Of a DNA stretch of 64,000 nt, positions 9,954-20,352 are shown piece after piece. The DNA lies in IMG/VR virus record IMGVR_UViG_3300027736_002225; one strand, 5' to 3'. The stretch comes from a virus. The notes under the pieces were generated by a model. It was not told the origin of the DNA. It worked only from the letters and a program-made list of their open reading frames with translations, and ran no database searches. A program made the position numbers and the translations under genes. Position 1 is the first letter of the stretch. Each line of letters begins with the position of its first letter.

Positions 9954-10988
9954 TTATTTTTTCTCTTCGGGTTTCGGAATACTACTTGGCGTACGAGCTA
10001 GACTAGCATCGCTCTTAGCACGCTGTTTATTTTCTGCATTCCATAATCTTTGAGCAGCACTCATACGGGCTTCTGCAACTTCAGTATCTTCTTTATTCAA
10101 TCTTTTTTCTGCCCTAGTAATACCAAGGCTTCTTTGTATAAATTTATGACCTGCCTCATTGCCGGTCTTAGGATCATTATCTTTTAACGCTTTACCTATT
10201 TTAGTAAATTGTTTATCTTGATCTGCTTCTGCTTTTTTATTATAAGAATACACAGTATCTTTATTTAATTCTTCAATTGGTTCAACTTCTTCTTTTGCTA
10301 AACGGTCAATTGCCTTATTAACATTATTTTGTCTTTTCCAAGATTTTTCTTTATAATCTTGCGATAGTTTAGCACTTGCCTGTTTCATGCCTGGGCTTTT
10401 TGCTCTTATGCCTTTATTCTCAAAATCTGCTGCAATTTTACGTTGAATTCCAGCACTGCGAGCCGCGCCTTTAGCATAAGCCGCAAGAGTAGATTTTGAT
10501 AATTCATCTAACTCCTCAACTTCTTCGCCCAACTCTTCAGAAGATTTCATATAATCCAATGATGTTGTAATATAATCTTCTGCTTTTGTTATTTTTGCCT
10601 GCACCCACTCTGGAAGATTTTCATCTTCTTCGAGCATATCTTTTAATTCTGCAGCATTTCTACAAATTGTTTGTAATTGTGTCTTGGCCATGGCGCCTTC
10701 ATAATCATACTCGCCTTCATCTTTGGCTTCTGCCATATCTTCTTTTTTCTTTTTCTTGGCAATAGCAATTGCGGCTTGTTGTGCAGCATTTGCAGCTTCA
10801 TCCACATTTTCATTTCTTTTAGATGCATACGAGGCACCAAGGGCCATACGAATACGTTCTTTTTTGCTTTTGCCAGCAAATTTTGGGTTGTCTGAATGAA
10901 CAAAATCGTCTATCCATTTACCCGTAGGATCAGAAGCCTTTAAGACTTCTAATAAAGAATCTTCTCTAAATTGATTAAATTTCTTCAT
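9954..10988 (-). CDS. Putative internal head (poly)protein
   Basis: MKKFNQFRE start; repeated ELSKSTLAAY / ELNKDTVYSY modules separated by acidic linkers; between portal and protease. Confidence 0.6.
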   Translation of the reverse strand: MKKFNQFREDSLLEVLKASDPTGKWIDDFVHSDNPKFAGKSKKERIRMALGASYASKRNENVDEAANAAQQAAIAIAKKKKKEDMAEAKDEGEYDYEGAMAKTQLQTICRNAAELKDMLEEDENLPEWVQAKITKAEDYITTSLDYMKSSEELGEEVEELDELSKSTLAAYAKGAARSAGIQRKIAADFENKGIRAKSPGMKQASAKLSQDYKEKSWKRQNNVNKAIDRLAKEEVEPIEELNKDTVYSYNKKAEADQDKQFTKIGKALKDNDPKTGNEAGHKFIQRSLGITRAEKRLNKEDTEVAEARMSAAQRLWNAENKQRAKSDASLARTPSSIPKPEEKK

Positions 10989-11145
10989 TTTCCTTGCCTA
11001 TGCTGGCTGCAATTTCTTGTTTTTTATCGTCTAATGCTGCGGATAATTTAAATCCTAAAGCATCGTTAAATCTATTAACTGCGTCATTTGAGCGATCTGC
11101 TAAAATGTCGTCTACCATGTGTCTAATAACTTCTGATGTATCCAT
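10975..11145 (-). CDS. Small prohead core protein, gp67-like (56 aa; not in the ORF track)
   Basis: Manual translation MDTSEVIRHMVDDILADRSNDAVNRFNDALGFKLSAALDDKKQEIAASIGKENEEI; directly after the portal gene. Confidence 0.7.
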   Translation of the reverse strand: MDTSEVIRHMVDDILADRSNDAVNRFNDALGFKLSAALDDKKQEIAASIGKENEEI

Positions 11146-11148
11146 AAT

Positions 11149-12684
11149 TTACCCCTGCGGTTGCTCTATAGGTTGACCATCCATACCCAATGTAGGTGGA
11201 GGTTCTGCTGCCATTTGTTTTTCCATTGTCTCAATTTCGTCAATGGTCATTCTTAACACATTTCTCATTATATATTCTTTACTAAAATACGTTCCAACGT
11301 ATGGTTGCATCTGATTCAATACGTCAATTCTATTACGAAGATTTTCTGCATCTTTCATTTCCGCAAAATATTGATCTTGTGCAAATTTAAATTGAATTAC
11401 CTCTTTAAATTGTACCCAGTCTTGTTCAGTAATAACGCCAGTTAAAATTAACTGCGTTTTCAATATATCATGAAATAATTGACTAAATTTCTTGCGAAGT
11501 CGGCCAACAAATTTTGCAAATTTTAATTCATCTCTAGTTATCTCTGTTGCTCTACCAAAAGAAATACCCTGTTGTGCTTGCATTCTTGATAAAGGAACAT
11601 TCAATGCCTGATATAATTTATTCTGAAAATAATGAATATCGTCAATCTGACCTAAATTTTCTCCACCTGGTAATGTAGTAATCTCAGTACCACGTCCACC
11701 TTCTCTTCTAGGTAGCCAAAAATCCTCAAGCATCGACATAAATTTGCGATCGTCTCTTATTTCGCCTGTTGCAGAATCATAGACAATCTTATTACGATAG
11801 CGAGCCATAATATCCTTAAGATATTGCTCGGCTTTCAACTTAGGCAAATTGCCCACATCAATATAAAATATTCTTCTTTCTGGTGCTCTTGATAACCTAT
11901 AGATTACCAACGCATCTTCCATCATCTTTAACTGATTCACCGGTTTAATTGCTTTATGCAAATAACTTAAAACAACATTCTTCTCGGAATCATTTAAACC
12001 GGAAGGAGCATAACTAACAGAATCCAAAGATATACGTAGACCTTGATTCGCACCCGTCGCCGCAGTCTGATAATTTGGCTGATAATTTATGCCTTTTTCA
12101 TTATAGATGAAAAATTCTTCAATTGATTTAATAAGATCAATGCCGGTCTTTTGATCTTTATCTTTTTTAATCTCTCTGACCTTACGAATTTTTCGTGGGT
12201 CAATTTGTCTTAACTCAATGATGCCCCTTTTAGGATTTTTCTCATCAATAATCTTTTGATAATAAATTCTACCATCCACATACCATCTACGGAATATATC
12301 AAATCCTTTTATATTGAATCCAAGAAGTCTAACAATTACGCTAAACTGATCTTCAATTGCCTTCTTAATGTTATCAGGAACATCAAGCCCATCTAAATTA
12401 ATTTGTACAACCGCCTCGTCCTCAACCGCCGCAATTGCCTCGGTTACAATTTCATCAATTGCTGTAGAACAATCAGCATACATGGATGCTTCACGATATC
12501 GGGTAATTAACTCTGCCTCTGATTTCGCAGTTGCATCCATTTCTAAGTATGTTCCGAAGTAACCGCCACCTTGTACCGTTGCGGTTCCATCTTCAGTAGT
12601 AGGTGGCACAAACGATTGTGTTCGTGCCAATTTACTCACATCATTATCACGGCTAATTGTGTAGCCGAATATATTAATTGCCAT
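11149..12684 (-). CDS. gp20: Portal protein gp20
   Basis: FRRWYVDGR, RAPERRIFYIDVGNLPK, EDFWLPRREGGRGTEITTLPGG motifs. Confidence 0.98.
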   Translation of the reverse strand: MAINIFGYTISRDNDVSKLARTQSFVPPTTEDGTATVQGGGYFGTYLEMDATAKSEAELITRYREASMYADCSTAIDEIVTEAIAAVEDEAVVQINLDGLDVPDNIKKAIEDQFSVIVRLLGFNIKGFDIFRRWYVDGRIYYQKIIDEKNPKRGIIELRQIDPRKIRKVREIKKDKDQKTGIDLIKSIEEFFIYNEKGINYQPNYQTAATGANQGLRISLDSVSYAPSGLNDSEKNVVLSYLHKAIKPVNQLKMMEDALVIYRLSRAPERRIFYIDVGNLPKLKAEQYLKDIMARYRNKIVYDSATGEIRDDRKFMSMLEDFWLPRREGGRGTEITTLPGGENLGQIDDIHYFQNKLYQALNVPLSRMQAQQGISFGRATEITRDELKFAKFVGRLRKKFSQLFHDILKTQLILTGVITEQDWVQFKEVIQFKFAQDQYFAEMKDAENLRNRIDVLNQMQPYVGTYFSKEYIMRNVLRMTIDEIETMEKQMAAEPPPTLGMDGQPIEQPQG

Positions 12685-12704
12685 TATTTAAATCCAAAAA
12701 TAAA

Positions 12705-13265
12705 TTATACAATGCTGCTAGTTAAAGATTGTACGGTAAACGATTGATATTGGAATGTCACAGAGAATGTAGATAATTGATCGTTAGCCGCAAAATCTAA
12801 TCCAATTGGAGAAATATCTGTTGGGAACGCATCTCTTAAATTGTATTGACGAATTGCAACACCTTTTCTATTCAATTGTACAACATCAATAGTTTGTTGA
12901 TATAACAAAGGTAACATTTCGCCAGTCTTTGCAGTATTGCTTTCAATAAGATTCATCCATTTTTCTAAAGCATTTCTTAAAGTAAAATCACTGTCATTAA
13001 TAATAGTACAAGTAAACGGCGCAAATACTTTATCTCCGGCCAATTTAATTTCGCGACCCCTGTAATAAACAGGAGTAACTCCAATTGTCTGGCCAGGCAA
13101 TTCTGCAATATTAACCAAATAACTTGATATATCAGATTGAATACCTGCAGGTTGAGCAACCGAAGGAAAGTGTATGTCAATTCTAAATTGATTTGGACGG
13201 GCACCGCCGTCGCCCAATCTTGCTTTAAATTGATCTATATTAAAAGGAATCGTTTCTAATGCCAT
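12705..13265 (-). CDS. gp19: Tail tube protein gp19
   Basis: GGARPNQF, YRGREIKLAGD, FSVTFQY motifs. Confidence 0.93.
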   Translation of the reverse strand: MALETIPFNIDQFKARLGDGGARPNQFRIDIHFPSVAQPAGIQSDISSYLVNIAELPGQTIGVTPVYYRGREIKLAGDKVFAPFTCTIINDSDFTLRNALEKWMNLIESNTAKTGEMLPLLYQQTIDVVQLNRKGVAIRQYNLRDAFPTDISPIGLDFAANDQLSTFSVTFQYQSFTVQSLTSSIV

Positions 13266-13280
13266 TTGGTTTCTCCGTTA

Positions 13281-15008
13281 TTATGCGCCAACTTCTTCAA
13301 ACGAAATGCCCGATCTTGTAGCAATAAATGTCAATGATATGAAATTAATAGAACGTGCTGGCTTGACAAATATGTCTGCTCTAAATTCATTTCTATCAAT
13401 TACATCACCGGTGTTGTTTGTGTCATCGCAAACAACTTTGAAATCCGTAATGCCACGTCGACCTTGAACATCTCTTAAGAAAGGCTCTATTAGATTTCTA
13501 AATTGTGATCTTGTAAACGGATCGTTAAATTCAAATAATTGGAATTTTGCAGCAGTTGCAATTGCTTTTTCCAATACAATAAACAATCTACGAACATTAA
13601 TTCTATCAAATGCGCTAGGTTTTGACAACATAGTTTTGTCGCCGTATAGAATTGTTCCTTGACCGGGGAAGGATACTACAGGATTAACACCTGCTTTGTA
13701 TAATGTATCCCTATCCGTCTTAGAAGGATTAAATGCTAGTTTAACAACATTTCTAATTTGACCTCTAGAGAATCCGCCTGGGCTAAACCAAGGATCTGTT
13801 AGAGAATCAGTTCTCACGCATAGACCAGCAATGTCGCCATTTAATGGAACCCAACGATATTTGTCGTTATATCTATCATACTGATATTTCCATCCGGAAT
13901 CCATAACAGCATAACTAGAATTAATATTTAATGTATTATTTCTCCAAGAAACAACGCTGCTTGCTTGAGTAGAAGGAGAAACATTTACAACAGATTCCAA
14001 ACTAGGAGATACAAATACTACGCAATCTTTTCTATCTTCTGCAATTGCAACTAAGTTAGAAACAACTGCTGCGGTATTTGACCAAGGTCCTGCAGGAATT
14101 AAATTAATATCATACAACTCATCGTTTGAGAAGTTGTTAAATCCTGCAATTACGTTACCTGCAGAAATATTTGCTTCGTCAGAAACGCCTTTGCTGAACG
14201 ATACTGATACATTTGTGCTAAGATTTCCAAATGCTCTGCCAACAACTGTGGTTCCCCATGTTGCAGTATTTGCAACTGAAGTTAATGGATGGTCCATAGA
14301 CCAAACATATGCAGATTGATTATTAATTACATCTTTGTAATAGTTTGCAGATCCATCTGATTTCTTAGCATCGGATCCTTTGGATACATATGCAAATTTT
14401 TCTAATACTGTGTTTCTAACACCAGTTAAAATACCTTCTTCGTCAATAATAACAACGTGTAACTCGTCATTCGCTCCACCAAGAGATGCAGTAACGGTTG
14501 ATGTTCCAGGAGCATTATTGAATTCTGATTGATATGGCCATGCGTTTCCAGAAAAACCATTATAAGCATTCCAAGTGTTTCCGTCAACCATTGAAACTTT
14601 TAAGGTATTTCCTATATCTCCAGGGTATTTAGCTGCAAATTCGCCCAAACCATTTCCGCCGTTTGATCTAGTAGAAATATAATCATCAATATTTTTAATT
14701 AATATTGCACTTGCACTTGCATTAGCAATTGCATTTTTAGCTGTTCCCTCGTTTACAACACGAACAAGTTTTAGATTATTACCATAAGATAAGAAATTTG
14801 CTGCAGTATAGAAAGATGTATACGTCGCATCATTAGGTCCGCCGAAATATTTTACTAAATTATTCTCAGAATCGACAGTGGTAACTAGGCCAACAGGTCC
14901 CCATTGGAAGGCGCCAGCAAAACCGCCAGCTGAAGTAGCAACAGAAGGGACTATTGCGGTTAAATCCTTTTCTTGTACTAATACGCCCGGTGAAAGCTGA
15001 AATGCCAT
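13281..15008 (-). CDS. gp18: Tail sheath protein gp18
   Basis: SPGVLVQEKD, WFSPGG, FDRINVRRLF, KPARSINFI motifs. Confidence 0.97.
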   Translation of the reverse strand: MAFQLSPGVLVQEKDLTAIVPSVATSAGGFAGAFQWGPVGLVTTVDSENNLVKYFGGPNDATYTSFYTAANFLSYGNNLKLVRVVNEGTAKNAIANASASAILIKNIDDYISTRSNGGNGLGEFAAKYPGDIGNTLKVSMVDGNTWNAYNGFSGNAWPYQSEFNNAPGTSTVTASLGGANDELHVVIIDEEGILTGVRNTVLEKFAYVSKGSDAKKSDGSANYYKDVINNQSAYVWSMDHPLTSVANTATWGTTVVGRAFGNLSTNVSVSFSKGVSDEANISAGNVIAGFNNFSNDELYDINLIPAGPWSNTAAVVSNLVAIAEDRKDCVVFVSPSLESVVNVSPSTQASSVVSWRNNTLNINSSYAVMDSGWKYQYDRYNDKYRWVPLNGDIAGLCVRTDSLTDPWFSPGGFSRGQIRNVVKLAFNPSKTDRDTLYKAGVNPVVSFPGQGTILYGDKTMLSKPSAFDRINVRRLFIVLEKAIATAAKFQLFEFNDPFTRSQFRNLIEPFLRDVQGRRGITDFKVVCDDTNNTGDVIDRNEFRADIFVKPARSINFISLTFIATRSGISFEEVGA

Positions 15009-15058
15009 CTTATTCTCCTTAAAGATTTTTATATAGTTTTATAACTATGATTACTATT

Positions 15059-15066
15059 TATTTATA
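15059..15066 (-). promoter_or_regulatory. Late promoter TATAAATA (gp18)
   Basis: Exact consensus upstream of the sheath gene. Confidence 0.75.
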
Positions 15067-15077
15067 AGTATAGCGTT

Positions 15078-16781
15078 CTAGACATTTTCCATCCATTTTG
15101 TTTTAAGTTTTTCAAGTTCTTTTGCAGGATCTTGCGAAAACCAAACATCGTCACCAATAATTTCAGGGGCCTCTTTTTCAGGGATCCCTGTATTTATAAT
15201 TCCAAACGGGGTTAAATTCTCTTCAATTTGTTTAAACTGATCTTCATATAGTACTTTCCTCAAATTTGTATCAGTTAAATCTTTGAAGAAAGGTTCGTTT
15301 GTTGCCCAGGAAAACAGAACCAAACACATAACCAAATCGTCATGATATCCTTCGTCCGCTTTGTGGGTTCCACGAACCTCAATAAATGTGGAAATTTCTT
15401 CAATTATTTCGGGATCGTGTATTAATAACTTCTTCCCCTCAACCAAACTCTTAAATGTCGTACATCCTAGACGTTTTACTTGTTTAGTGGTTCTAATCCC
15501 TAGGCCTGCGCCTTGAGTAAAACCGCCAGACAAATATTGTCCAGATTTGCTATTATGACCAACAAAGAATACGTTTTCGTATTCTAAATCCATATACAAT
15601 GAATCCGCTACCTGCTGCCCGTTATCGTTAATTTCAACTAAACAGTAAGCATTATTATAATCTTTTGCCATTTTATATATAATGTTCGGAAACATCAATG
15701 GACTTACCTTATTACTTCTATATTTAGCCACTACGGAATAAGGATATTCTGTAATGTCTAAAACTGTAAATGCCGAGTAATCTCCCCCTACTCCACGGGA
15801 AGTATCTGCAACTAGCATATAGATATGATTTATTCCTTCAAACGTTCCATCATCTTTTTTCTTTGCCCTGATTGGTTCAACCAATACGTCTAATCCCTCT
15901 TTTGTGAACACAAATTGTTTTGTGGACATTTGGGAAATTGTATCTGGAGAAATAAGGGTATTTGAAGAACCTAAGAAACGACATAAAACTTCTTGATTGA
16001 ATTTTAATTCACCAAGCATTGCCTTTTGTTCTCCGGCCCACTTTTCATCTCTGCCAGGGATTCTACTGTAAGGGATAAACAGAGTAGTAAATCCGTTTAA
16101 TCCTTGTTCCGCTTCGTTCCAGAATTTCCAGAAATGATTATATCCTAAAGGTGTAGATGTTAACAGAATTTTTGTAGTGTTGCCTGCAGAGATTGTAGGA
16201 TAAACTGAAGTGAAAAAATCTTCTGCAACATTATTTGGAATAATTGCCGCTTCGTCGATATACAACCAGTTTACAGACTTGCCTCGAATACCAGATCCGC
16301 TGGTTGCCGCAGTAAATACTTTAGAACCATTCTCAAGTTCAATATCGCCCTTGTTGAATGTCTTTACTCCCTGTTGCATCCACATAGGAAGCATTTCATA
16401 CATTAATTCGTATCTTGAAAGAACTTCTCGGGCAGCCGAAGACTTGTTTGCCAAAATTGCAACTGTTTTATTTTCTTGGAATAACGTATACCAAAGAATA
16501 CACGCCGCAGAAGTAATTGTTTTACCTTGTTGACGACCTTCCATTAAAATAACCTTACGATTATTTAATATAACATCAACCTTTTCTTTTTGGCAATCGT
16601 ATAACTTAAAAGGAATAAGACCCTTATCAAGTGATACAATTTTGCAATATGCTTCTATAAAGTAAACAGGATCCTGCATACAACGCATAAGCTCTCTTAC
16701 TTGCTCTTGGGTGTATGATTCTACAATTCCAATTGGTTTAAGATTGGGATTGCCGTTATATGATACTGCTTTACTGCTCAA
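15078..16781 (-). CDS. gp17: Terminase large subunit gp17
   Basis: GRQQGKT, YIDEAA, STPLG, HDDLVM motifs. Confidence 0.97.
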   Translation of the reverse strand: MSSKAVSYNGNPNLKPIGIVESYTQEQVRELMRCMQDPVYFIEAYCKIVSLDKGLIPFKLYDCQKEKVDVILNNRKVILMEGRQQGKTITSAACILWYTLFQENKTVAILANKSSAAREVLSRYELMYEMLPMWMQQGVKTFNKGDIELENGSKVFTAATSGSGIRGKSVNWLYIDEAAIIPNNVAEDFFTSVYPTISAGNTTKILLTSTPLGYNHFWKFWNEAEQGLNGFTTLFIPYSRIPGRDEKWAGEQKAMLGELKFNQEVLCRFLGSSNTLISPDTISQMSTKQFVFTKEGLDVLVEPIRAKKKDDGTFEGINHIYMLVADTSRGVGGDYSAFTVLDITEYPYSVVAKYRSNKVSPLMFPNIIYKMAKDYNNAYCLVEINDNGQQVADSLYMDLEYENVFFVGHNSKSGQYLSGGFTQGAGLGIRTTKQVKRLGCTTFKSLVEGKKLLIHDPEIIEEISTFIEVRGTHKADEGYHDDLVMCLVLFSWATNEPFFKDLTDTNLRKVLYEDQFKQIEENLTPFGIINTGIPEKEAPEIIGDDVWFSQDPAKELEKLKTKWMENV

Positions 16782-17202
16782 TTGTATTACCGTCGTTATT
16801 ATTTTTTAGCATCTTCATTAGTTCTGCGGTAGATCCAGCAAAAACTACATTGTTATTAGTAACACTTCTAGGCCCTTCGGTTTTTCCGGGTTGCAAATCT
16901 TTGGCCTTTTTCTGTAACTCTAGTAAATCTTTTGCAACATCAGATACCGTTTTAATTAACTGGCCGGCAACTTCATATGTTCTTGGATGCTCAGAACTCT
17001 TTGCAAGCTCTATCATCTGGTCCAATGTATCCCCGCTTTTATGAATTAGCCCGCGCAAAGTATTTCGTGCAAGCTGATAATCTTCATCTTGATCTAAATC
17101 TCTTTGTGTGGAATCATTTACAATTGCCGGCAAATCTTGTGTTTTTTCCGCTTCCGTTAACGGCAAATCAAATAATTTATCAAGTTCAGGAATATTTTTC
17201 AT
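16771..17202 (-). CDS. gp16: Terminase small subunit gp16
   Basis: SEHPRTYEV, FAGSTAELMK motifs. Confidence 0.92.
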   Translation of the reverse strand: MKNIPELDKLFDLPLTEAEKTQDLPAIVNDSTQRDLDQDEDYQLARNTLRGLIHKSGDTLDQMIELAKSSEHPRTYEVAGQLIKTVSDVAKDLLELQKKAKDLQPGKTEGPRSVTNNNVVFAGSTAELMKMLKNNNDGNTIEQ

Positions 17203-17954
17203 TAAAAGTTTTCAAAGGTATCAGTAAACCCAATATCGTCACCAGGTTTTGCAGATAATGGCGACGGCTCAACTGTAACTTTAGTTAGTTGTTGAGTTAA
17301 TTCAGTATTATTAAAAGTTGTTGCAACTACTTTTCTAATAATTCCTTGTTTGTTAACAGGGCCATAAAAATTAAGTTTCATTGTAAAATTTAAAGTCCAA
17401 ACAATTGTTCTTTGTTGGTCGAATCCGCCTTCATATGTATCTTCAAAACTAACATTATCTAATAGTATAGGTAGATCGTTTTTAATTCCTAACTGAGGAA
17501 TTGATTTAACCGTTAAGTTATAATCCGGATTAAAATATGGTAAAATTTGTTCAACTATCTGTAACCCGTCATCTTGATTTTTTACATAAACAAAAAGAGA
17601 TATATCAATGTTATATGGAGTAGGCGCATACTGCGCATCCAAGGTTGACGTCGAAGTATTTACCGATCTATTTTGTTGTATTGGGCTAATTTTTCTGGCA
17701 AAATCATAACTTAAAGTTGTCATCTCAAACGACATTCTAGGCACAATGACCTGGACATTCATGTCATCAACATTTGGTCTTTGTTGAATTCTTGCCAATG
17801 CCTTTTGTTTTGATGCATAAGAAATAGGCACCTTTAATACCTGTATTATATTTCCATCGGCATCTCTACGTTCAATAGTAATACTATTAAACATATTACC
17901 AAAGGCAATAATAGCTTTTCGTATGGTTCCCCAATAAAATCTTTGATCTAACAT
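17202..17954 (-). CDS. gp15: Tail sheath stabilizer gp15
   Basis: FGNMFNSI, PRMSFE, QIVEQILPYFNP motifs. Confidence 0.92.
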   Translation of the reverse strand: MLDQRFYWGTIRKAIIAFGNMFNSITIERRDADGNIIQVLKVPISYASKQKALARIQQRPNVDDMNVQVIVPRMSFEMTTLSYDFARKISPIQQNRSVNTSTSTLDAQYAPTPYNIDISLFVYVKNQDDGLQIVEQILPYFNPDYNLTVKSIPQLGIKNDLPILLDNVSFEDTYEGGFDQQRTIVWTLNFTMKLNFYGPVNKQGIIRKVVATTFNNTELTQQLTKVTVEPSPLSAKPGDDIGFTDTFENF

Positions 17955-18703
17955 TATCTAAATACCTCTCCAAAAGGATTCTTTTCGCTAAAATCTAATA
18001 TGTCGGTAATATTAGTATCAAAATCCTCATTTCTAGCAGCTCCATCATCTGAGTGCAATGTAGAATACGATTCTTGAATTATTGGACTTTCCGTGTTGTA
18101 TTCAAATAATAACTCACTACCATCTTCTTGAGTTATCTCAAAATTCTGTACGTCTTCATTAATGATATCTGGATAAGAATCAATTTCAGTAATTCCAGTT
18201 CTAATAACTTCGCTGGAGAATTGCATTAATTCGCAGAACAATTTGTATATGTATAACTTACCAACTTGATAGAAAGGCTGGCTTCCTTCAACCTTACGAA
18301 TTTCAAAATATGAGTGTGTTAATGGGAAATATAATAAATCTCCCTCTGCTGGTCTAGGCAGAATAGTATTACCTGTATTTCCCGCAACTTGTGTCCAACG
18401 TTTTCTAGAAACTATGAATGTTGCATCTTGTACTGTTTGCACACCAAATTTAGATAAGAAATCTCCAGGGCCTTCAAACCCATTGCTGTTTTCCAAATAC
18501 ATCTCAATTGGGTATGCGTGTTCGTAATTGTTCAAAGGATCTTCGCCCAAAATACGGTCTTCGTTAAATGTTTTTCTAGGCAAATAATATAATTCAAATC
18601 CGTAAATCTTCAAGCATTCGATAACCAAATCCTCATAGAGATTTTGTTCCGATTGCCTGCCCATTGGTACGCCAGAATGAAAGTATGGATTAACGGTTGC
18701 CAT
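17954..18703 (-). CDS. gp14: Neck protein gp14
   Basis: YYLPR, FLSKFG, RPAEGDLLYFP, DFSEKNPFG motifs. Confidence 0.92.
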   Translation of the reverse strand: MATVNPYFHSGVPMGRQSEQNLYEDLVIECLKIYGFELYYLPRKTFNEDRILGEDPLNNYEHAYPIEMYLENSNGFEGPGDFLSKFGVQTVQDATFIVSRKRWTQVAGNTGNTILPRPAEGDLLYFPLTHSYFEIRKVEGSQPFYQVGKLYIYKLFCELMQFSSEVIRTGITEIDSYPDIINEDVQNFEITQEDGSELLFEYNTESPIIQESYSTLHSDDGAARNEDFDTNITDILDFSEKNPFGEVFR

Positions 18704-18717
18704 TTTCTAATATTCTA

Positions 18718-18746
18718 TTGACAATCTATTGACACGATGTTATTAT
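18718..18746 (+). promoter_or_regulatory. Sigma70-like promoter antisense to gp13
   Basis: TTGACA-17 nt-TATTAT with extended -10 TG; TCTATTGACA is duplicated. Confidence 0.5.
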
Positions 18747-18773
18747 CTTCTATGAGCCTAGGTGATAAGAATA

Positions 18774-19517
18774 TTATCCAACAAACATATCTACAGGCAA
18801 TTCAAATCTAGATTGTATTTCTGTTTCAATTTGTCTTATTTCTTCTACTGCTTCTTGATACACTATCTCACCATTAAGTGTTACACCTCCGGGAAGTTGT
18901 ACGCCTGAGAACTTTTTCATGTTATCTCCCCATTGTCTTTTGATTAGGGCAGTTGCATACCTTTTAAGGAACATATCATTATATACATCCGTAAACACAT
19001 CCGGATCTAATATTCTCCAGCATTCCACAATTACATATGTACCTGGAACCACGTCAGCTGCCCAATCCATATCAATGAATAATCTATTCATGTGACGGTT
19101 AAACCGTATTGGTTTTTGACCAACGAGCAATTGGTTAATTAATTCTAATTCCTGTCTTACTTCTGTATAATAGATCAAATCTGTAGACATTAATGAATAC
19201 AAATCGTTAATTAAAATCTGATACTTAATATCAAAGATATTTGTACCCGTAGATTTATTCATAAACGGGAATACTCTTTCAACACCAACAACTGCATCCG
19301 ATACTTCAATGTATTGATTTGAAATATTGTTTGCCGTTATTTGATGCTTAAGGTAAACTTTTTCTACAGCATCATAGTGATATTCTCTGTAGAATTGAAA
19401 CGCATCATCTAAACGATCTTCAACTTGATCGTCATCTACGTTTATTTCAATTACAGGAGAACCAAGTCTACGTAGACAGTATTCTTTAAGACCTTGTCTG
19501 GATGTTACTGTTGCCAT
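18774..19517 (-). CDS. gp13: Neck protein gp13
   Basis: YCLRRLGSPVIEINV, LIKRQWG, LPGGVTLNG motifs. Confidence 0.93.
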   Translation of the reverse strand: MATVTSRQGLKEYCLRRLGSPVIEINVDDDQVEDRLDDAFQFYREYHYDAVEKVYLKHQITANNISNQYIEVSDAVVGVERVFPFMNKSTGTNIFDIKYQILINDLYSLMSTDLIYYTEVRQELELINQLLVGQKPIRFNRHMNRLFIDMDWAADVVPGTYVIVECWRILDPDVFTDVYNDMFLKRYATALIKRQWGDNMKKFSGVQLPGGVTLNGEIVYQEAVEEIRQIETEIQSRFELPVDMFVG

Positions 19518-19846
19518 TACCGTGTTACTCCTGGATTTACTGTGATTATGCCTTCAACTATTCTCAATACTGTAGATCCTATATTTGCCTCAACATCATA
19601 CACATATCTTACTGGAACAAGATTTGATGTCTGTGTAGCAGTTAATGATAAATTAATATTACCGGTAGTTGCGTTTGTGATATTTGCAGTTAATGAAACT
19701 GCATTTGCACTATAGTATGATCTACGCATTTGACTATTTATGTCATACCCAGCAAGGGATATCGGATTTTTGCTATTATCCAAATATTGAATATTAGCAG
19801 AAAAAGTTGCGCCTTGATCTATTACTAAATTTTTTGTTGCTGCCAT
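19517..19846 (-). CDS. Conserved small virion protein
   Basis: NLVIDQGATF...RYVYDVE...RIVEGIITVNPGVT; usual position upstream of gp13. Confidence 0.65.
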   Translation of the reverse strand: MAATKNLVIDQGATFSANIQYLDNSKNPISLAGYDINSQMRRSYYSANAVSLTANITNATTGNINLSLTATQTSNLVPVRYVYDVEANIGSTVLRIVEGIITVNPGVTR

Positions 19847-19847
19847 T

Positions 19848-20351
19848 TTATTCAGGCTTTGTTGGCCAAGTTATATTAAACGGATCTGTCTGTATAGTAA
19901 TGTCTCTCAATGCTTGACGGTATGTTGCCCAAGCTTCTTTCGTTGTGAGCGGAACATCTGGTAATTGAGTCCAATCTGTATTTTTTATTAATAATATTCG
20001 TTGCGCTCTTATATTTTGCCATTTTGCAGCAACTGATGCAACTAATTCTATTTCGGTTAATTCAACAGGAGTTTCTTGTACCCATTGTTTTGTAGTATAA
20101 TCAAATTTTGTTAATACCGATGGATTTGTATTTTCTGGTTTTAACACTGGGGTATTAGTGTCAAAATTATGATAGTATAAATCTATTGAAGACGTTGCTG
20201 GATTTGCATTTAGATCTCCGTAGGGTTCGTGAAAAATATCTCCTACGTAAATTTTTGAGGGATCTTCAAAATTAATATTTTCTTCAGGGGCATTTAAAGT
20301 TTCAGTGTATCGCCCATGTTCATCAAATCTGTGATAAGTAATATTTGCCAT
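19848..20351 (-). CDS. Tail fiber assembly chaperone-like protein
   Basis: C-terminal TDWTQLPDVP...WATYRQALRDIT...ITWPTKP; follows the fiber gene. Confidence 0.75.
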   Translation of the reverse strand: MANITYHRFDEHGRYTETLNAPEENINFEDPSKIYVGDIFHEPYGDLNANPATSSIDLYYHNFDTNTPVLKPENTNPSVLTKFDYTTKQWVQETPVELTEIELVASVAAKWQNIRAQRILLIKNTDWTQLPDVPLTTKEAWATYRQALRDITIQTDPFNITWPTKPE

Positions 20352-20352
20352 T

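Noticed and set aside
15078-16781. Intein or intron in terminase or other core genes
   Set aside because: Lengths are normal, frames are uninterrupted, and no splicing motifs were seen
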